Source: Haliotis rubra (taxonomy: Eukaryota). Taken from it: a DNA stretch of 64,000 nt. The position numbers and the translations under genes were made by a program. The stretch is taken from positions 24,041 to 88,040 of the forward strand of contig NW_025765324.1 in NCBI RefSeq assembly GCF_003918875.1. The letters run 5' to 3'. Below are positions 60,561 to 64,000 of this stretch, piece after piece. Below the pieces are notes generated by a model, which was given only the letters and a program-made list of their open reading frames with translations, was not told the DNA's origin and did no database searches. Position 1 is the stretch's first letter. Each line of letters starts with the position of its first letter.

Positions 60561-61628
60561 CTATGTACGCCGCTTTTTACCTGTGGCCATGCGCGTTGTG
60601 CGGAGAGGAGAGGGGCTGGTTCGAAACTCGGAGTCGTTGTTGAAGGGGCAGTATTTGATGGTGTGGGCGTGGTCCCCGATGGCTTGGCAAATTGGACACG
60701 GGTACTTCCGCAACACTGGGCACGCCGTATAGCCACGAGAATCCTTCAAAACATGCCCGGTGTACACATGTGGTGGTTCCTTGTTGTTCTTGCAAAATAC
60801 ACAGATCAACTTGGATTTTTTCTTCCCCTGCACCTGTAGTTGTGTAACATCGCCACGGGCGGTCTTGCACTGTTTCAGCCACAGGTATTCCTTGATCCGA
60901 TCATTTGGAACGACCGGGATCTCCCGGGTGGGGGGTTCGTGTCCGCGCACTTTCTGCTGTATGATGTCATACTCGTCCAATTCGTATGTAGTTCCGTTCC
61001 TTTCGAATTCCGCAGTTGTTAAAGCACGAAGTCTTTCCTGGTCTAACTTGCTGAAATTCGAATTCACAAGCGGTGGATTTGAAGCTTGGAAAGTTACATA
61101 CTTGAAGCTGTCGCTACTTTCATCCGATGACAGGGAAATATCGGAACTGGGGCTCAGCTCGCCCCGGCCCCCGGCGAACTCCTGACACAATCCAAAGTAG
61201 TCCTGGTAGGGGTCGTAGATGTGGTCGTTGCCCAGACATAACACGTCGCTAAACGCGGAGTCATTCCTACCTGTGAAGTCTTCTTTGGTAGATAAGATTT
61301 TCTTCTTGGCGAGCTGTGGCGTGAATTTGGGGATCTGAGGGAGAAGTAAGCTTTGACTGTATGGAACTTCATCCCCAGCCAGTAGTTCGAAGTCGTCAGT
61401 TGTACGACAATCCCCGGAGTCAGGTTCAAGCACAGGGTGTAGTAGCATTGTGAAATCAGCCACAGGTCGCCTCCGAGTTGAAGATGGTAGCCTCGGTCTA
61501 TGGTGCGCCGCCTTGGATGATACAAATTGGCAGCACTGACGACTCTCGCACCCGGCGCGTGTGACAGTGCACGAAGTCCACGTGCGTTTTATAACTTGCC
61601 ATACGTCCAGGCCGCCAACGACTTTCAT
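60561..61628 (-). CDS. nanos: Nanos-family RNA-binding zinc-finger protein (355-aa ORF, intronless).
   Basis: The C-terminal [53 protein letters not shown] matches the zf-nanos pattern C-x2-C-x12-H-x10-C-x7-C-x2-C-x7-H-x4-C exactly. The real ATG is at 61628. The true start could instead be the internal Met at aa 61 (MLLHPV…). Confidence 0.9.
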   Translation of the reverse strand: MKVVGGLDVWQVIKRTWTSCTVTRAGCESRQCCQFVSSKAAHHRPRLPSSTRRRPVADFTMLLHPVLEPDSGDCRTTDDFELLAGDEVPYSQSLLLPQIPKFTPQLAKKKILSTKEDFTGRNDSAFSDVLCLGNDHIYDPYQDYFGLCQEFAGGRGELSPSSDISLSSDESSDSFKYVTFQASNPPLVNSNFSKLDQERLRALTTAEFERNGTTYELDEYDIIQQKVRGHEPPTREIPVVPNDRIKEYLWLKQCKTARGDVTQLQVQGKKKSKLICVFCKNNKEPPHVYTGHVLKDSRGYTACPVLRKYPCPICQAIGDHAHTIKYCPFNNDSEFRTSPSPLRTTRMATGKKRRT

Positions 61629-62479
61629 TGGCTTAGGTTTCTCCCGTCAAATTAACAACGGGGCGGAGCTTACATTATTTGTAAACATAAATCACGTGAC
61701 ACGATAGAACTTGGGGAAACGAAGCAACTTTTTACCAGAAATGTTGATTAAGTTAATATCTTGCATTCCAACCATGGATCTTGATTTAGGAAATACATTG
61801 ATGATGTTTTGGTACGTGAATGCTCAAAGTAAATTGTTTTCAGGCTGAAGGATGAGGACTATTTTTCTAAAAAAAAGATTTAATGGATATACAACTTTTT
61901 TATTCTGTATAGGCGACGTTTCGACATAGATTCTAATGGTGTTGTCAAGCAAGTGATGACAACGACATTAGACAACGACATTAGAATCTATGTCGAAACA
62001 TCGCCTATACAGAATAAAGAAGTTGTATATCCATTAAATAAATTTATTTTTAACATAGTCCTCATCCTTCATCCTTCATCTACCCAACTTCTAGAATGCC
62101 AATCAAAGAACTGTTTTCAGGGTGACATGGAAAAATAACTTTTAAAAATATTGGAAACAATATCGATGTGTAATGCTTATGCTGTTAATTGTATACAAAC
62201 ATATACAGTTAATTACATATTACATAGCATCAACTTGACCTACCACACAAGGAATGTGGGACCAGCCTGGGAGGACGGACAACAGTGACACATTGTAACA
62301 CAACATGTGTGATATAACAACAGTATTGCTACGAGGTTTCAAACACGGCGGTTATGTTTGAAGAGTATCACAGTGAGGGACAGTTCTTGGAAACCAATAC
62401 TCGCAATGCAATGTCATGCTATATAAAATAACCCGTGAAAAGGGGTGTTTGAAAGTGTTTTGTTTAACGCAATATTCCA

Positions 62480-62658
62480 GGTGATCGGGTGGTCAGACTC
62501 ACTGACTTGGTTGACACATGTCATCGTATCCCTATTGCGTAGATCGATGTTCATGCTGTTGATTCCTTGATTGTCTGGTCCAGACTCGATTATTTACAGA
62601 CCGCCGCCATATAGCTGGAATATTGCTGAGTGCGGCGTAAAACTCAACTCACTCACTC
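62480..62658 (+). mobile_element. SINE-A copy. An inverted copy at 62728-62905(-) sits about 70 bp away.
   Basis: Consensus match. The two copies form a head-to-head pair. Confidence 0.8.
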
Positions 62659-64000
62659 ACTCCAGGTGAATGCAGTTCTACGTAAATGTTGATCATTTTG
62701 ATTCTATCAAAATATTTTGCTTGATTTGTCAAGCTATATGGTAGCGGTCTATAAATAATCGAGTCTGAACCAGACAATCCCGTGACTGACATCATGAGCA
62801 TCGATCTGCGCAACCCGAATACGATCACATGCATCAACCAAGTCAGCAAGCCTGACCACCCGATCCTGTTAGTCGCCTCTTGCGACATGGGTTACTGAAG
62901 ATCAGATTTTACACGGATTGTAACGGATGGCATTTGCTGGAAAGGGTAGTGGTTGTAGTGCCTGATGTGGATGAGGGGAATGAGCGAATGTTGCACAACG
63001 CCGTAGTTTGGGCTATGTCACGGCTGCATCACGGTAACTACCCTGTCAGTAACATACGTATATCATTCGGGTCCAGGCAGTGGTGGATGGGTGCACTTAA
63101 CACACAACATCCCAGATAATAACACAGACCTTCTCAAAACCCACGCGTTCAAGTGAAGTGGTATATTCAAGAGCATATCAAGTAATCTGCATCAGAGTTT
63201 CAGTTCCGAGAATATGAGTCAAGGTTTGATGTCCTCACAGATACACACACAGACACCTGCGCCGAACTCTGCTTTGATGTGCTTAAATCTGGATACTCTG
63301 TTCAACATGACGTCAATTTTAATGTAGGTTAGTTGTGCCATGCATGGGCGGGTCCAGGAATTGTCAAAGGGTAGGGGGGCGGATGTGTGGTAGTTTGGAA
63401 CAAACCCCACCCCACCCCTCAATGCATAACATTAACTTCAATGTGGTCTTTAGTCATTTTCAAGGGGGCGCCTCCTTGGATCCGCCAGTGCCATGAATAT
63501 TTTGGTTCCTTTTTCCGACCACGAAATTTATTTATTAGTTTTATGCATGAATGATTGGTTAAGATTCCATCATTGGAGTGTGTCGAAGTGCGAGGCGACA
63601 TATACACACTCACCCTCGACACGAATGTTTTTAAAGTAATGAAACATTACAAGAGGAAATAACCCAAGTTTCGGATTGAAATCATTGTACAAATTCCAGT
63701 CACAACTGACGTGTTCGGTCATGTTGTTATACGCCGAAGGCAGGAAATGTGCAGTATATCACCTGAAAGGCTGGAGCAGAGAAACCAGGGTTTGATAAAT
63801 CAAGGGGGACCACCAAGCGTCACTTATTACCACGACATACAACCAACCACTTGCTCTGTCCTAGTTCAGTCCTAGACTAATGCTTAGCCTCTGAATATAT
63901 ATTATTTTGATTGTAACAAATAAACAAATTTAAATTGAAAAGGAGCCCCGGGGAGTCCTGGGGAAATCTAGACTTTCCTTATTTAGGACTTTGGCATAGT

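Noticed and set aside
60447-61185. Plus-strand ORFs (130 aa, 141 aa) and a second minus-frame ORF overlapping nanos.
   Set aside because: They are antisense or alternative frames of a GC-richer coding region. The nanos frame is the only one with domain support.

Overview
This is eukaryotic genomic DNA: AT-rich, intron-bearing and dense with SINEs and satellites. The gene content suggests a mollusc, but that is an inference. The prokaryote-style six-frame ORF track is mostly misleading, because many listed ORFs start at GTG or TTG or run through satellites.

Main content:
- 1-10465: three near-identical direct tandem copies, plus the start of a fourth, of a roughly 3.35-kb unit. Each unit carries a two-exon gene for a small secreted Gly/Tyr/Met-rich low-complexity protein with GLYGG/GMGG/GLGG repeats, resembling shematrin or prisilkin shell-matrix or silk-like proteins. 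Each unit also has a conserved GC-box plus TATA motif at the unit junction and an AATAAA signal.
- 9990-14428: a large palindrome with about 1.2-kb arms and a 2-kb spacer filled with SINEs. It flips the array so that further unit copies, including a fourth gene copy at 15295-15866 (+), lie head-to-head with the first three.
- 17682-26313 (-): a multi-exon gene for a PC-esterase-domain protein (PCED1/FAM113-like). Its introns hold a 172-bp satellite, a 42-bp minisatellite and several SINEs.
- 60561-61628 (-): an intronless nanos homolog with a perfect CCHC-CCHC nanos zinc finger.
- 50109-52967 (+): two adjacent paralogous ORFs of unknown function, each directly preceded by a splice-acceptor-like tract.
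- Repeats: a 3.8-kb array of a 31-bp satellite (34440-38400), a 1.8-kb array of a 30-bp minisatellite (48061-49890), and a 15-bp minisatellite (17080-17492).
- Mobile elements: at least four interrelated SINE families sharing sequence modules, a hAT-like MITE with an 8-bp TSD nested in a SINE, a 1-kb foldback element, and several hairpins or inverted repeats.

No prokaryotic-type system (CRISPR, operon) is present. The most notable structure is the amplified, palindromically rearranged secreted structural-protein gene array.
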